A stretch of 63,998 nucleotides of DNA, counting the filler, from Octopus bimaculoides (Eukaryota): assembly GCF_001194135.2 (NCBI RefSeq). It is 6 parts of 5 records of this genome, joined end to end, with 100 filler letters (N's around TTAATTAATTAA, not from the genome) between each part and the next. Parts side by side here need not be neighbours in the genome. Positions count along the whole stretch, not along the records: positions 24,547 to 40,981 come from NC_069000.1; 5 more parts are not named here. One strand, written 5' to 3'. This document shows positions 26,230 to 38,735 of this stretch, in pieces; the first letter of the stretch is position 1; every line of letters starts with the position of its first letter. Under the pieces are notes generated by a model. It saw only the letters and a list, made by a program, of their open reading frames with translations. It was not told the origin of the DNA and ran no database searches. A program made the translations under genes and the position numbers.

Positions 26230-26460
26230 CCATTAACAGCAAACAGTGAAATTGTACGATGTTTATGTACAAACAGCAATGCTACATGGTTGTGAAACTT
26301 GAACTATGAATGCAGAAGACATGCAAAGACTGGAAAGAAATGAGGCCAAACAAGCTCCACTAGATATGCAACATCAGTGTCCATGTACGACAAATGTGTT
26401 GAAAGAAAAATTGGGCATAAGAGGCATCAGACATCATATAAACAGTGAAGATAGAAAGAA
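26230..26460 (+). mobile_element. Degenerate RTE-clade LINE ORF fragment (intronic)
   Basis: KLYDVYVQTAMLHGCET*TMNAEDMQRLERNEA resembles the RTE post-RT motif LYGxETW...D.+RL.R.E. Confidence 0.75.
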
Positions 26461-26504
26461 TGATACAAACATACATAGAGGAAGATGGATATAGTTTTAC
26501 TTAC

Positions 26505-26582
26505 TTCAGCCATTTCAGCTTTCACTTCATACTCTTCTATCAATTCAGACTGCACTAACTTTTCACGCTTCATTTTTTTCAG
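26505..26582 (-). CDS. CENPE: CENP-E-like gene exon (LKKMKREKLVQSELIEEYEVKAEMAE)
   Basis: ttgtttttctag acceptor, gtaagt donor, 78 nt, phase 0 to 0, coiled-coil composition. Confidence 0.75.
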
Positions 26583-26798
26583 CTAGAAAAACAAAACCAT
26601 TCAGTACATTACTTTGTCAAACGTAATGCTTATTTATTTACACTGTTCTGAAGTAATCATGCATTATCTCTTAAGCATCAAGACTTCAATGATTTGATTG
26701 GTTATTTTTTAGAATGATGTAGAAGGGTAGGTGTAAGGTCAGATCTGGTTGTTTTGAACATAGAGCAGGTAAAATATCTGGGCCAGATACGTAAATAG

Positions 26799-27163
26799 CA
26801 CCATTTGAGCATGATCGTTACCAACGTCGCCTTCCTGGCACTTGTGCCAGTGGAACATGAAAAGACATTCGAGCAAGATCGTTGCCAGTGCCGCTGGACT
26901 GGCTCCTGTGCAGATGGCACGTAAAATAGACCATTTTGAGCTTGGCCATTGCCAGTACCGCCTGACTAGCCTGCGTGCCGGTGACACGTAAAAGCACTCA
27001 CTACACTCTCAGAGTGGTTGGCGTTAGGAAGGGCATCCAGCTGTAGAAACTCTGCCAAATCAGATTGGAGCCTGGTGTAGCCACCTGGTCCACCAGTCCT
27101 CAGTCAAATCGTCCAACCCATGCTAGCATGGAAAGCGGACGTCAAACGATGATGATGATGATG
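26799..27163 (+). mobile_element. Retroposon family C with (GAT)n tail (RTE-type 3' end)
   Basis: AGGAAGGGCATCCAGCTGTAGAAAC block and a GCATGGAAAGCGGACGT(T/C)AAACGATGATGATG end. Copies at 27712-28015 (-), 29131-29500 (-), 29900-30188 (+), 30601-30950 (-), 31726-31832 (+), 39052-39260 (-) and 40739-40981 (-). The RTE link is inference. Confidence 0.85.
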
Positions 27164-28334
27164 AAATCAACCCCAGTACATTTTTTAAAGTCTGGTACTT
27201 ATTCTGTCAGTCACTTTTGCCAAACTGCTAAGTTATGGAGGTGTAAACAAATCAACACTGGTTGTCAAGTGGTGATCAGGAAACACAAATACATCCAGCA
27301 GCAGCAATGGAGGCAGCAGCACCACCACCACCATCTAACATCTGTTGTCCATGCTGGCATGGGTTGGATGGTTTGGCCAGAGCAAGCTGAGGAGCTGCAC
27401 CAGACTCCAGTACATATGATAGGTTTCTATTTCCATCTACCAAATTCATTCACAAGGCATTGGTCAGCTCGAGGCTATAGTAGAAGACACTTGCCCAAAA
27501 TGCTGCGCAGTGGGACTGAACTCAAAGCCATGTGGTTGCAATATGAGCTTCTTAACCACAATCAAACATACAGTTATTTTGGGAATGTTTTTCTAGATTC
27601 AGGGCAACACAGTGACAACAAGTGTTTTATGTTGTACATCTTCTTGGATGCAATGTTGTACACTCCTGTAAATATATAAATGTATGTTGTTGGTGAACTG
27701 CTTCATCATCATTCATTTCATCATTTAACGTCTGCTTTCCATGCTAGCATGGGTTGGACGATTTGACTGGGGACTTGCGAACCAGATGGCTACACCAGGC
27801 TCCAATCTGATTTGGCAGAGTTTCTACAGCTGGATGCCCTTCCTAATGCCAACCACTCTGAGAGTGTAGTGGGTGCTTTTTATGTGCCACCGGCACGAGA
27901 GCCAGCCTGGCGGTACTGGCAACGGCCATGCTCAAATGGTGTTTTTTACGTGCCACCTGCACAGGAGTCAGTACAATGTTTTGTTCACATGCCACTGGTA
28001 CAAGTGCCAGTAAGGCGAAGCTGCTTATTACTAAATAATTGACCAAACCACTGAATACAGGAGATGAACAACAGATATATCTCTACAAGGTTGTCCAACC
28101 TGCCAGAATCTCCTTCAAACTACAACAAACTCTCTTGCAAAAAGTTNNNNNNNNNNNNNNNNNNNNNNNNNNNNNNNNNNNNNNNNNNNNNNNNNNNNNN
28201 NNNAAAAAAAAGGAAAAAAAAAGGGAAATCCGGAATGAATTACATGTAAAAATTCTTAAGGAGGGGTTTAATTAGAGCTGATTTAATTAGGGCTAAACAA
28301 AAAAATAGAAAAATATGCAAAATTCTGTACTTAC

Positions 28335-28462
28335 CATTTCTGTCTTCTCTTGAATATTCTTCTCCAAATTTTCCAACTTATCTGTTAGAAAACTACATTC
28401 TTGAACTTTTTCTTTAAGTAGATTCTGAACATCAGTAGACTCATTGTATACTCCAGAAATGT
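28335..28462 (-). CDS. CENPE: CENP-E-like gene exon (ISGVYNESTDVQNLLKEKVQECSFLTDKLENLEKNIQEKTEM)
   Basis: ttttaacag acceptor, gtaagt donor, 128 nt, phase 1 to 0; carries the same K-x-Q-E-C motif as the repeat units. Confidence 0.8.
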
Positions 28463-30343
28463 CTGTTAAAACATGTACATGCAAACATATAAAAATATAT
28501 TGTATAAAGATTGCAATCTGCAGTTAAAAATTGATGCTATTTATAGAAACATACATCACTTTTTCCTTGTGCAACCAGCCAATCCCTTCTGAACACCATG
28601 AAAAAAGCACTTAGTATACTCTGTAAAGTAGTTGGCATTAAGATGGGCACCCAGCCATAGAAATGATGCTAAAGATGACAGTGGAGTTTGATGTAGCCCT
28701 CAAGCTTGCCAGTTCCCTACCAAACCATGCCATCCATACCAGCATGGAAAGTGGATATAAAATGATGATAATGAGTAGATAATAATAGATAAACTCACAA
28801 CGGGCTTGTTTCAGTTTCCATCTACCAAATCCACTCACAACAGATTGGTTGGCCCAAGAAGACACTCATCCAAGGGGACATGCAGTAGGATTGAATCCAA
28901 AACCATGTTGTTGGGAAGCAAACTTCCCAACTACTCAGCTAAAGCTCAGTACTCAACTATAATATGGTGGTGATGCTAGTTTCTTTCATAGTTACCCAGA
29001 AAATAGACTGACTGACATAAGTAGAGTCGCACATTTCTTGCCAAATCCCAAGTCAGCAGAACTGTGATCAAAGTTGTTCCATTCATGACTATTAAGCATC
29101 CATCCTTGACCACCACAATTAGACAGTTGATCATCATCATCATCATCATCATCGTTTAACGTCCACTTTCCATGCTAGCATGGGTTGGACGATTTGACTG
29201 AGGACTGGTGAACCAGATGGCTACACCAGGCTCCAATCTGATTTGGCATGGTTTCTACAGCTGGATGCCCTTCCTAACACCAACCACTCCGAGAGTGTAG
29301 TGGGTGCTTTTACGTGCCACCAGCACGAAGGCCAGTCAGGAGGTACTGGTAACGGCCACGCTCAAAATGGCATATTTTACGTGCCACCGGCACAGGAGCC
29401 AGTTCGGCGGCACTGGCAACGATCTCGCTCGAATGTCTTTACACATACCACTGACACAAGTGCCAGGAAGGCAACTCTGGGCACAGGTGCCATCACGTCT
29501 TCGCAAGCATGAAAACTACATTATCCAAAAACCAACATGACTTTCTTTTTTCCAACCTTGACTATGTCGATTAAATTTATACCCCACAAGCTGGAGATAT
29601 AACATGCTAATCACATGCAAATCAGTGCTTACTACACAATATGAAAAGTGAAGAATTCTGGAAAGTCCCCCTACTACTGAAAACAAGTTAATTTGGTTCA
29701 TGTTTCTCAAGTGTACACACACACACGACCAAGTGTACTCAGTTCCCACACAATAAGGGTTACACCATCATTTGGTTGCAATTTATAGCAAGTCAAGAAA
29801 CTATGTAGGTGCATGCTCAGAGATGCCTGGTGCCTTGCTGTACTCAAGAAGACCTGTACTCTGCAGAAGTGTTAAGACCGGGCCCTCCGGTGGTGTAAAG
29901 CACTTGTGGCAGTGCCATGTAAAAGCGCCCGTGTGGCACCATGTAAAAGCACTCATGCAGTGCCACATAAAAGAGCCCATGTAATAACATGAAAAAGCAC
30001 CTGTGTGGTGCCATGTAAAAGCACCCAGCACATTCTGTAAAGTGGATGGCATTAGGAAGGGCACCCATCTGTAGAAACCATACCAAATCAGAATGGTGCA
30101 TCTCCTCAGCTTGCCAGCTCTGGTCAAACCATACAATCCACGCCAGCATGGACAACGGATGTTTGATGATGATGATGATGAGGATGATGAAAAGGGAACA
30201 CAATGGTATTGCTGATGTCTAGGCCAATGACCAAGAAGTCAGTTGCTCAACACCCAAATCCCTTCCACTCCCTGTTTTAGTTAAAAACAATGGAAAGAAA
30301 ACGTATAAAAATAAGATCAAAAAGGTAAAAAATGATTCCTTAC

Positions 30344-30440
30344 TTGGTTTTTGGAGGGTTGAATTATTTGAGATCTCTTCTTTTATTTCACTAGATTCTT
30401 TGTTCGTTGATTCATTACTAGTTCCAGGTGTCACACACAA
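30344..30440 (-). CDS. CENPE: CENP-E-like gene exon (LCVTPGTSNESTNKESSEIKEEISNNSTLQKP)
   Basis: ttctttttag acceptor, gtaagg donor, 97 nt, phase 0 to 1. Confidence 0.65.
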
Positions 30441-30542
30441 CTAAAAAGAATTAAAAAGAAAAGTAAAAAAGAAAAAATCCCACCAAAATCAAAGAGAAAA
30501 ATGCTTTTCATAATAAGAACCCTTAAACAATGGACATCATCC

Positions 30543-30573
<31 letters not shown>

Positions 30574-31280
30574 TGCATGTATGCCCACACAGACACACAC
30601 ATCATCATCGTTTAACGTCTGTTTTCCATGATGGCATGGGTTGGACGGTTCAACTGGGGTCTGGAAAGCCAGGAGGCTGCACCAGGCACCGGTCTGATCT
30701 TGCAATGTTTCTACAGCTGGATGCCCTTCCTAACGCCAACCACTCTGAGAGTATAGTGGGTGCTTTTTACGTGCCACTGGTAGGGGCCAGAAGAGGCTGG
30801 CATTGACCATGATAGGATGGTGTTTTTTACGTGCCACCAGCACAGAAGCCAGTCAGGGTAAGGGGGCTGGCATCAACCACGTTCGGATGGTGCTTTTTAT
30901 GTGCCACCAGCACAAGGACCACAATTACAATTTCCATTTGATTTCATTTTGATGTTGATGTACTTGACTCAATAGGTCTCCTCAAGCATGGCATGTTGCC
31001 CTATGATCCAAGGGTACTTTTTGAGTTGGCTGGTTATGAGACGCTGGTGTAGGTTACAGCTGTGATCTCACTTTATTTGCCGAGTCTCCTCAGTCACAGC
31101 ACCCCAACAATCAACATCTACAAAATTCCACTTGTAAGGCTTCGGTAAACTTTTTTGTAGCCTCAGATAACTAATATAAGTAATGTTTTGTGAGCAGAAT
31201 TTTGGAGACATAAGTTGTGTAGAAGCTCACAATGTGTGTATGTATTTACATATACAAATATATGTACGTATGTAATAATA

Positions 31281-31685
31281 GGTGCAGGAGTGGCTGTGTG
31301 GTAAGTAGCTTGCTTACCAACCACATGCTTCCAGGTTCATTCCCACTGTGTGGCACCTTGGGCAAGTGTCTTCTACTATAGCCTTGTGCCGACCAAAGCC
31401 TTGTGAGTGGATTTGGTAGGTGAAAACTGAAAGAAGCCTGTCATATATATGTATATATATATATGTATGTGTGTGTATGTGTTTGTGTGTTTGTGTTTGT
31501 CCCCCCAGCATCGCTTGACAACCGATGGTGGTGTGTTTACGTCCCCATAACTTAGCGGTTCGGCAAAGAGACCGATAGAATAAGTACTAGGCTTCCAAAG
31601 AATAAGTCCTGGGGTTGATTGGCTCGACTAAAGGTGGTGCTCCAGCATGGCCACAGTCAAATGACTGAAACGAGTAAAAGAGTAA
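31281..31685 (+). mobile_element. tRNA-derived bipartite SINE family A (head, CORE-like block, microsatellite, 3' module)
   Basis: A/B-box-like head; GGCACCTTGGGCAAGTGTCTT resembles the CORE-SINE block GACCTTGGGCAAGTCACTT; 3' end CCAGCATGGCCGCAGTCAAATGACTGAAAC. Other full or partial copies near 794, 22315, 22580, 23400, 23593, 23863, 37620, 40362, 41415, 43200, 44548, 44790, 49345, 50259, 51526, 53275, 55862 and 61212. Confidence 0.9.
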
Positions 31686-32317
31686 TATGTGTATTGGTGT
31701 AAAAATTTTATAATCAACTGAGTTTAGATTGGAGCCTGGTGTTGCCATCCAGTTTCACCAGTCCTCAGTCAAGTCGTCCAACCCATGCTAGCATGGAAAG
31801 CGGACGTTAAACGATGATGATGATGATGATGATAGTCTTAAAAGCATTGGTCTTTAATCCTTCAGTGTTAAAACAGGCCATATCCATTCCAAATATTCTA
31901 CCTGTCCTATTCAAACTGGCTGGATCTCACTTCTCATATCTACCGTATAATGACATTCTAAAAATAAAACAATCACATCATCAAAATCTCAAGGCTACAA
32001 AATAATGCATGATTAATTCAAAACAATGTGAATAAATAAGCATTGATCTGAAGTAATCTAAATGCTAAAGGGTTAAGTATTTTTTTTAATTGATTGTATT
32101 GAACCTAGCACTCATTTCAGTTTAGTGTGGAAACTAAACTAGATGAAAGCTGTGCAAATGTGTATGACATTTAAGGATGTGTATGAATGAAGCAAGCAAA
32201 TTTTTTCAATTGATTATTAAGATAAAGAACAAGGGCAGAAAAATTGATGAAGAAGTCAAAATTGAATTATCAAATTAAAACAACCTATTTTTAATTGGAA
32301 AAATCAAATGTAAATAC

Positions 32318-35300
32318 CTGATCTTTTTTTGTCAGTTGAGACTGTAGACATAATGCTTGATGTCGAAGTTCTTCAATTTCTAAGTCTTTGTCCTTAATTT
32401 CATTATATTTCTTTGCAATGTCACCTTTTAGCTCTAACAATGATCCTTGAAGTCTGGAATATTTCTGATGAATAGTATCCAATTCATTAGTCTGACATTC
32501 ATAGAGATTATATTTCTCTTCCAACGCCTTCTTGAGATCTGACTGAACACCAGCATGAGTTATTTCTAATGACTTAAGGTTTTTAGACAGAGAGTTATAT
32601 TCTTGGGTCTTAACCACAAGCTGCTTTTCCAAATCATTAATTTGATTTTCTTTATCTTGCTTCAAAGCAGCTAATTCATTGGACAGCTCGATTTGCTCTT
32701 TACGTTTTTGATCAAGCTCACATGCAAAGTGCTTCTCAGTCTCCATTTTCCCTGCTTTAAGTTCAGACAATTCTCTGGAATGTGCTAAACATTCTTCTGA
32801 CTTCTCAGACAATTTCACTTCTAGTTCCTTTACTGTTACATTTTCCTCCATTTTCCCTTCCTTAAGTTCAGACAATACTTTCGTAAGAGCTAAACATTCT
32901 TCTGACTTCTCAGACAATTTCTTTTCTAGTTCTTTCACTATTTCACTCATCTCTCTTTTTCCTTCCTTAAGTTCAGACAATTCTTTGGAAAGAGCAGAAC
33001 ATTCTTCTGACTTCTCACACAATTTCTCATCTAGTTCCTTTACTGTTACACTCTCCTCCATTTTTCCTTCCTTAAGTTCAGATAATACTTTCGTAAGTGC
33101 TAAACATTCTTGTGATTTGTCAGATAATTTCTCTTCTAGTTNNNNNNNNNNTTAAGTTCAGATAATACTTTCGTAAGTGCTAAACATTCTTGTGATTTGT
33201 CAGATAATTTCTCTTCTAGTTCCTTCACTATTTCATTCTCCTCCATCTTTTTTTCTTTAAGTTGAGATAATTCTTCAGAAAGAGCTAAACATTCTTGTGA
33301 TTTCTCAGACAATTTCTCTTCTAGTTCTTTCACTATTTCATTTTCTTCAATCTTTCTTTCTTTAAGTTCAGACAATTCTCTGGAATGTGCTAAACATTCT
33401 TGCGATTTTTCAGACAATTTCTCTTCTAGTTCCTTTACTGTTACACTCTCCTCCATTTTTCCTTCTTTAAGTTCAGACAATACTTTGGTAAGAGCTAAAC
33501 ATTCTTGCGATTTGTCAGAGAATTTCTCTTCTAGTTCTTTCACTATTTCACTTTCTTCAATCTTTCTTTCTTTAAGTTCAGAAAACTCTTTGCCAAGAAC
33601 AGAACATTCTTCTGACTTCTCAGACAATTTCATTTCTAGTTCCTTTACTGTTACACTTTCCTCCATTTTCCCTTCCTTAAGTTCAGACAATACTTTCGTA
33701 AGAGCTAAACATTCTTGCGATTTGTCAGAGAATTTTTCTTCTAGTTCTTTCAGTATTTCACTTTCTTCAATCTTTCTTTCTTTAAGTTCAGACAATTCTC
33801 TGGAATGTGCTGAACATTCTTCTGACTTCTCAGACAATTTCTGTTCTAGTTCTTTCACTATTTCACTCTCCTCTCTTTTTCCTTCCTTAAGTTCAGACAA
33901 TTCTTTGGAAAGAGAACATTCTTCTGACTTCTCACACAATTTCTCTTCTAGTTCCTTTACTGTTACACTTTCCTCCATTTTTCCTTCTTTAAGTTCAGAT
34001 AATACTTTGGTAAGTGCTAAACATTCTTGCGATTTCTCAGAGAATTTTTCTTCTAGTTCCTTCACTATTTCACTTTCTTCAATCTTTCTTTCTTTAAGCT
34101 CAGACAATTCTCTGGAATGTGCTGAACATTCTTCTGACTTCTCAGACAATTTCTGTTCTAGTTCTTTCACTATTTCACTCTCCTCTCTTTTTCCTTCCTT
34201 AAGTTCAGACAATTCTTTGGAAAGAGCAGAACATTCTTCTGACTTCTCACACAATTTCTCTTCTAGTTCCTTTACTGTTACACTCTCCTCCATTTTCTCT
34301 TCCTTAAGTTCAGATAATACTTTCGTAAGTGCTAAACATTCTTGTGATTTGTCAGATAATTTCTCTTCTAGTTCCTTCAGTATTTCACTCTCCTCCATCT
34401 TTTTTTCTTTAAGTTGAGATAATTCTTCAGAAAGAGCTAAACATTCTTCTGACTTCTCAGACAATTTCACTTCTAGTTCTTTCACTATTTCACTTTCTTC
34501 AATCTTTCTTTCTTTAAGCTCAGACAATTCTTTGGAAAGAGCAGAACATTCTTCTGATTTCTCAGACAATTCCTCTTCCAGTTCTTTTACTGTCTTGTTC
34601 AGCTCTATATTTCTTCTTTCAAGCTCAGAGAATTCTCTGGAATGCACTAAACATTCTTGTGATTTAGCAGATAACTTTTCTTCAATTTCTTTTAATCTTT
34701 CATCCATCTCACTCTCTTTAATTTCAGGAAGCTCTGTTAATCTTTCATTTTCACCCATCTTTCTTTCTTTCAGTAAAGACAATTCTTTGGAGAGAAATAA
34801 GCACTCTTGTGATTTGGCAGAAAAGTTCTCTTCAAGTTCTTTTATCATTTCACTATCCTGTGCCCTAAGATCAAGTTCTGCAGCTAAATTATGGCATTCA
34901 TCAACCTTAGTTTGCAGTTCTTTTTGACAAAGATTCAATTTATTATCAAGACTGATAAAACCAGCATTCTCAGCAGTAAGTCTCTCTAATGAGTCTTTCA
35001 AATTAGAATTATCTCTCTTCAGTTCATTAATGTAAGTCAGTTTTGATTTTAATTCTTTTCTGAGTTCTATAATGTCATCTTCATTGATGTCAAAAGAATT
35101 TGGCTGTATATTATCAGTATGTCCTGAATTAGATAAGTTTAGCTCTAGTCCATCATGAATTTCTTGTTTGGTAGATTGGAGATTTTCATCAGTAGAAAAC
35201 AGCTGTTCTTCTTGCTCTGCATCTAATATATTAAAATCTCTTATTTCTTTCTCCAAAGTGACAAAATTTTGGATCTTAGATTCCGACGATTCAAATAGTA

Positions 35301-37101
35301 ATCTATGTTTCTCTTTCAGATCATTCAACTCTTTCATTTTATGAGAAAGTTCACTTTTCAACAAGATAATATCTGCCTTCTCTTTACTCTCACCCTCTGA
35401 TCTTCCAATTTCTTCAACAAGTACATCATATTCTAGAGCTTTGGATTCTAATCCTTGTAAATAACTTTGCAAAGCTTCTATTTCATTAGCTTTTTGTGTT
35501 TTATAATCAGAAAATTTTGATTCCATTTGGTTTAATTGTTCAACCAAATCTTCACATTGTTGTCTTTTAGCTTCTAATTCTGCTTTGTTTGAAAGTAACT
35601 CTCCTTTTAGGCAGTCATATTCTTGTTTGTCAAGTGTATGGTCTTTTGCCACTGAATTTAACTGATGCAAATTATTCTGTATCTGTAGATTCTCATCTTC
35701 AACAAGTTCTACACTTCCATGTTTGAGCCTTTCTAGCTCAGAGTCAGATTCATTGGAATTCTGTTGATTAACAATGATAGGGTTGGACCTCACTTCACTT
35801 ACACTTTCAAAGGATTCTAATTTAATTTTGAGTGATGAACATTCTTTAGTTTTAATTTCAACTGCTTTTTTCAGAGAATTAATTTCATCCTTCAAAGAAT
35901 GACATTCTTGAATTTTTTTATCTAGATTTGTTTGGCAATCAAGAAGCTGACTTTTGGATGGTAAGTCAGAAATATCACTTGAGTCAAAATCTTCAAGAGA
36001 CATAATTAGGACATCAGAATCATCTTTATCATTATCTTTTGAGTTAACTTGATGAACAACTGAAAAAGATTTCCACTGACTCCTATCAGCAGAGTTTAAG
36101 CTCAAAGATTTTCTGATGCTGGTATCTAACTGTTCGATTTGTGAAAAATCTACATCTTTTTGAGCTAGTAAGTGTTCTCTGGTTTCTTTCAAAGATTTTT
36201 TCATATCTAAAACAACAAGATGAGCAATCTCCACATTTTGTTGCAATTTTGTACATTCTTCACCTTTTATTGCAAGTTCCTGTGAAATTTTATCCTTTTC
36301 TCTTAAAGTTGCTGCTAATTGCTCTTGAAGTTCAGAAAGAGCATCATTGTTATCTACTGGTGTTTTACCTTCTTCAGAAGTACTTAATTCAGGAATTTTA
36401 CCATCTAATTGCACTTGCTGATCCACTGATGCTCTTGATAGATATGTTAGTTCTTCTGCTTTGAGTTTTAGTTTGTAGTTCAATTTTTCATTATCTTGCA
36501 TAACTTTATCAAGTTGTGTCTTCAATTCAATGTATTCTTTATGCTCAAAAACAGGAGTTTTGTCCTGAACAAGTTGATTAAGCTTGTCATTTTCTGCAAT
36601 CAATTTATCAAGTTGGAGTTTTTGTTCATTATTTTCCGATGATAAGAAAGTTATTTCTTCAGATTTACTTAGGATTTGCTCTTTTGCCATTTGAAGATCA
36701 TGAGACATTTTCTGAACCTGGCTTTCCAGAATTTGGACTTGGGACTCCAAATTAAATATTTGATCATTAAGCTGGTTATAGTCAGCTCTTCGTGCAGATC
36801 GTGAAGCTGAACGACTAGTGATGTTGCTTAGATTCATTAACGGCCTATCTCCAGAATTACTACAACTGCTAGTATCTAACAAACTAGATCTTTGCGCATG
36901 CTGAAGTTCTTCTTCAAGACTCTTCACACGTTCTTGACTATTTTTCAGTTTAGACAGCAAGTACATATTTTCGGTTTCTTTACTTTCCACTTTTTGCATC
37001 AGTTCCATTTTTGAGTCAACGAAAGCTTTCACTTCTTTGTCATGATTCACTTTTTCTTCTTTCAGCTTTTGTCTCTCATTTTCAATCTTTTCTTCTTCCA
37101 C
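32318..37101 (-). CDS. CENPE: Giant coiled-coil exon (about 1568 codons after removing an assembly duplication) with 35-aa tandem repeats
   Basis: ORFs 33136-37263 and 32291-33061 are E/K/L-rich heptad sequence. Acceptor ttcttacag|GTGGAA at 37101, donor CAG|gtattt at 32318. The two ORFs become in frame when the 10 N plus the duplicated 70 bp (33142-33221) are removed. Confidence 0.85.
32750..34846 (-). repeat. Coding tandem repeat, 105-bp / 35-aa unit, about 19 copies
   Basis: Anchor ttaagttcaga recurs at 32757, 32862, 32967 and 33072 (105-bp spacing); approximate unit KELEEKLSEKSEECxALSKELSELKExKxEESxxV. Confidence 0.95.
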
Positions 37102-37379
37102 CTGTAAGAACAAAGAAATACTTTCAATAAGATTCGTGTTACAGATAATTCTCCTATGATTACATTGTCTTCTGCGATGAAAGGATTGACTATTTCTGTA
37201 CATCCACTCACACTTCATAACATACTCAGCAAAGAAAATAACCTTAATTCTCAACAGCCCCATTCATCTAATAATAAACAGGCATCATGTAAGCAATTGG
37301 AGGAAGTGGAAGTGTGAGGGAGAATATATACTTTCTTACTCTTAAATGATGATAAATAATAACGTATGGGTATACTTAC

Positions 37380-37479
37380 ACTCAATTTTATTCCGTCGCT
37401 GACACACTGTAACTCCAACTCAAGGAATTCCTTGGTTTCATCGTGATCATGGATAGAGAGGCGAGGTTTTTTAGTTGGG
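37380..37479 (-). CDS. CENPE: CENP-E-like gene exon (SPTKKPRLSIHDHDETKEFLELELQCVSDGIKLS)
   Basis: ctttctttacag acceptor, gtaagt donor, 100 nt, phase 2 to 0, which resolves the phase between the flanking exons. Contains an SPTKK CDK-type site, a basic cluster, and EFLELE resembling CENP-E EFEALE. Confidence 0.75.
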
Positions 37480-37885
37480 CTGTAAAGAAAGTTTATAAAA
37501 CCAATTTTCAATGCAGTTTCACTACCACATACATTAAATACACCATTCTTCTTAAGAAGATGATAATCAATGTCTGCTTCATAATTTTCATAGTTCATGC
37601 ATGCAAAGGAGAAGCAAGTACTGTCAATCCGACTGAATGGCACCTGGGACAAGTGTCTTCTGCTATAGTCCTGGGCCAACCACACACACACACAATGGGC
37701 TTCTTTTTATTTCCATCTATCAAGTCCGCTCACAAGGCCTTGGTCTGCCTGAGGCTATAATAGAAGACACTTGCCCAAGGTGCCATACAGTGGGACTGAA
37801 CCTGGAACCATGTGATTGGGAAGCAAGCTTCTTACTACACAGCCATGCCTGCACCTAGATGTTGAATATCAATTAAAACAGAGTC

Positions 37886-37924
<39 letters not shown>

Positions 37925-37972
37925 GTTAAAAATATAGTCAAGAAAAGGTTAAAATAGATTTGGAAGTCTTAC

Positions 37973-38058
37973 CTGGGCATATGAGACTCATTTTCTTTCA
38001 TTGCTAACATATTCTTTAACATTTCATTTTCAAACTTCAGGAAATGTTCATTTTCATT
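37973..38058 (-). CDS. CENPE: CENP-E-like gene exon (NENEHFLKFENEMLKNMLAMKENESHMP)
   Basis: tttttccag acceptor, gtaag donor, 86 nt, phase 0 to 2; the only stop-free frame. Confidence 0.75.
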
Positions 38059-38574
38059 CTGGAAAAATCAAAAAAAAAAAGCATTTCACAATACTGGGAC
38101 AGGAATAAACAATTTGACCGTTTTGATACCAACCTGCCTGAAATACACTCCTGGTTCTATGATGAAAGTTTCTTTAATTGAAATCCTAAGCAACTTTTAG
38201 AAAACCTGCAGGGAGGTGTTGTTTCATCCAAGATCAGCTCTGATGTAGCATATGATGAATGGATGTTCTAGATGTAGTCATACCATATTTTTTCATACAC
38301 AAATACATCTAAGAGTATTTGTATTCTTCCTATTTAAAGACGGCAGTATGTGATTTGTGAAGGAATAAGGGTGAATTTGGCTGCTATTTTTAGCAGGTTG
38401 AGTGACTACTTCGAGATTCTCTTTTGATGGTCTTACTTGTGCCAAGTACTGACAAGTCAAAGAATACAAACAAAAATACAAGATAACGAGAAAAGGAAAA
38501 ACAAAAAATGGTTAAAAGAAGAGAAAGAATGCAAAAAATGACAATAAAGTAGAAAACTAAAAGATCCAACTTAC

Positions 38575-38735
38575 TTCACACTCAGTTTGGACAGAACAGC
38601 TGACATAGTTAACAAGAGGTTTGCCATTGGAGATACGCTTCCAGTTATTACTGGTATCATTAATTTTGCTCTCATCATCAGACACTGAGGTTTCGGCAAT
38701 GCTGTCAAGAAATCTCGCAGGAGTTCCACAAGTAT
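38575..38735 (-). CDS. CENPE: CENP-E-like gene exon (DTCGTPARFLDSIAETSVSDDESK...VQTECE)
   Basis: ttccttcacag acceptor, gtaag donor, 161 nt, phase 1 to 0, open frame, compatible with both neighbouring exons. Confidence 0.75.

Noticed and set aside
30219-30343. Hydrophobic C-terminal tail of ORF 30219-30440 as a membrane anchor
   Set aside because: It lies beyond a canonical gtaagg donor at 30343, so it is T-rich intron read-through; a tissue-specific retained-intron isoform cannot be fully excluded.
33485-34927. Plus-strand Ser-rich ORFs (310 aa and 131 aa)
   Set aside because: Antisense shadows of the coding repeat on the minus strand.
37102-37263. N-terminal 54 aa of the 1375-aa ORF as the protein start
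   Set aside because: Upstream of a strong splice acceptor; phase-compatible upstream exons exist.
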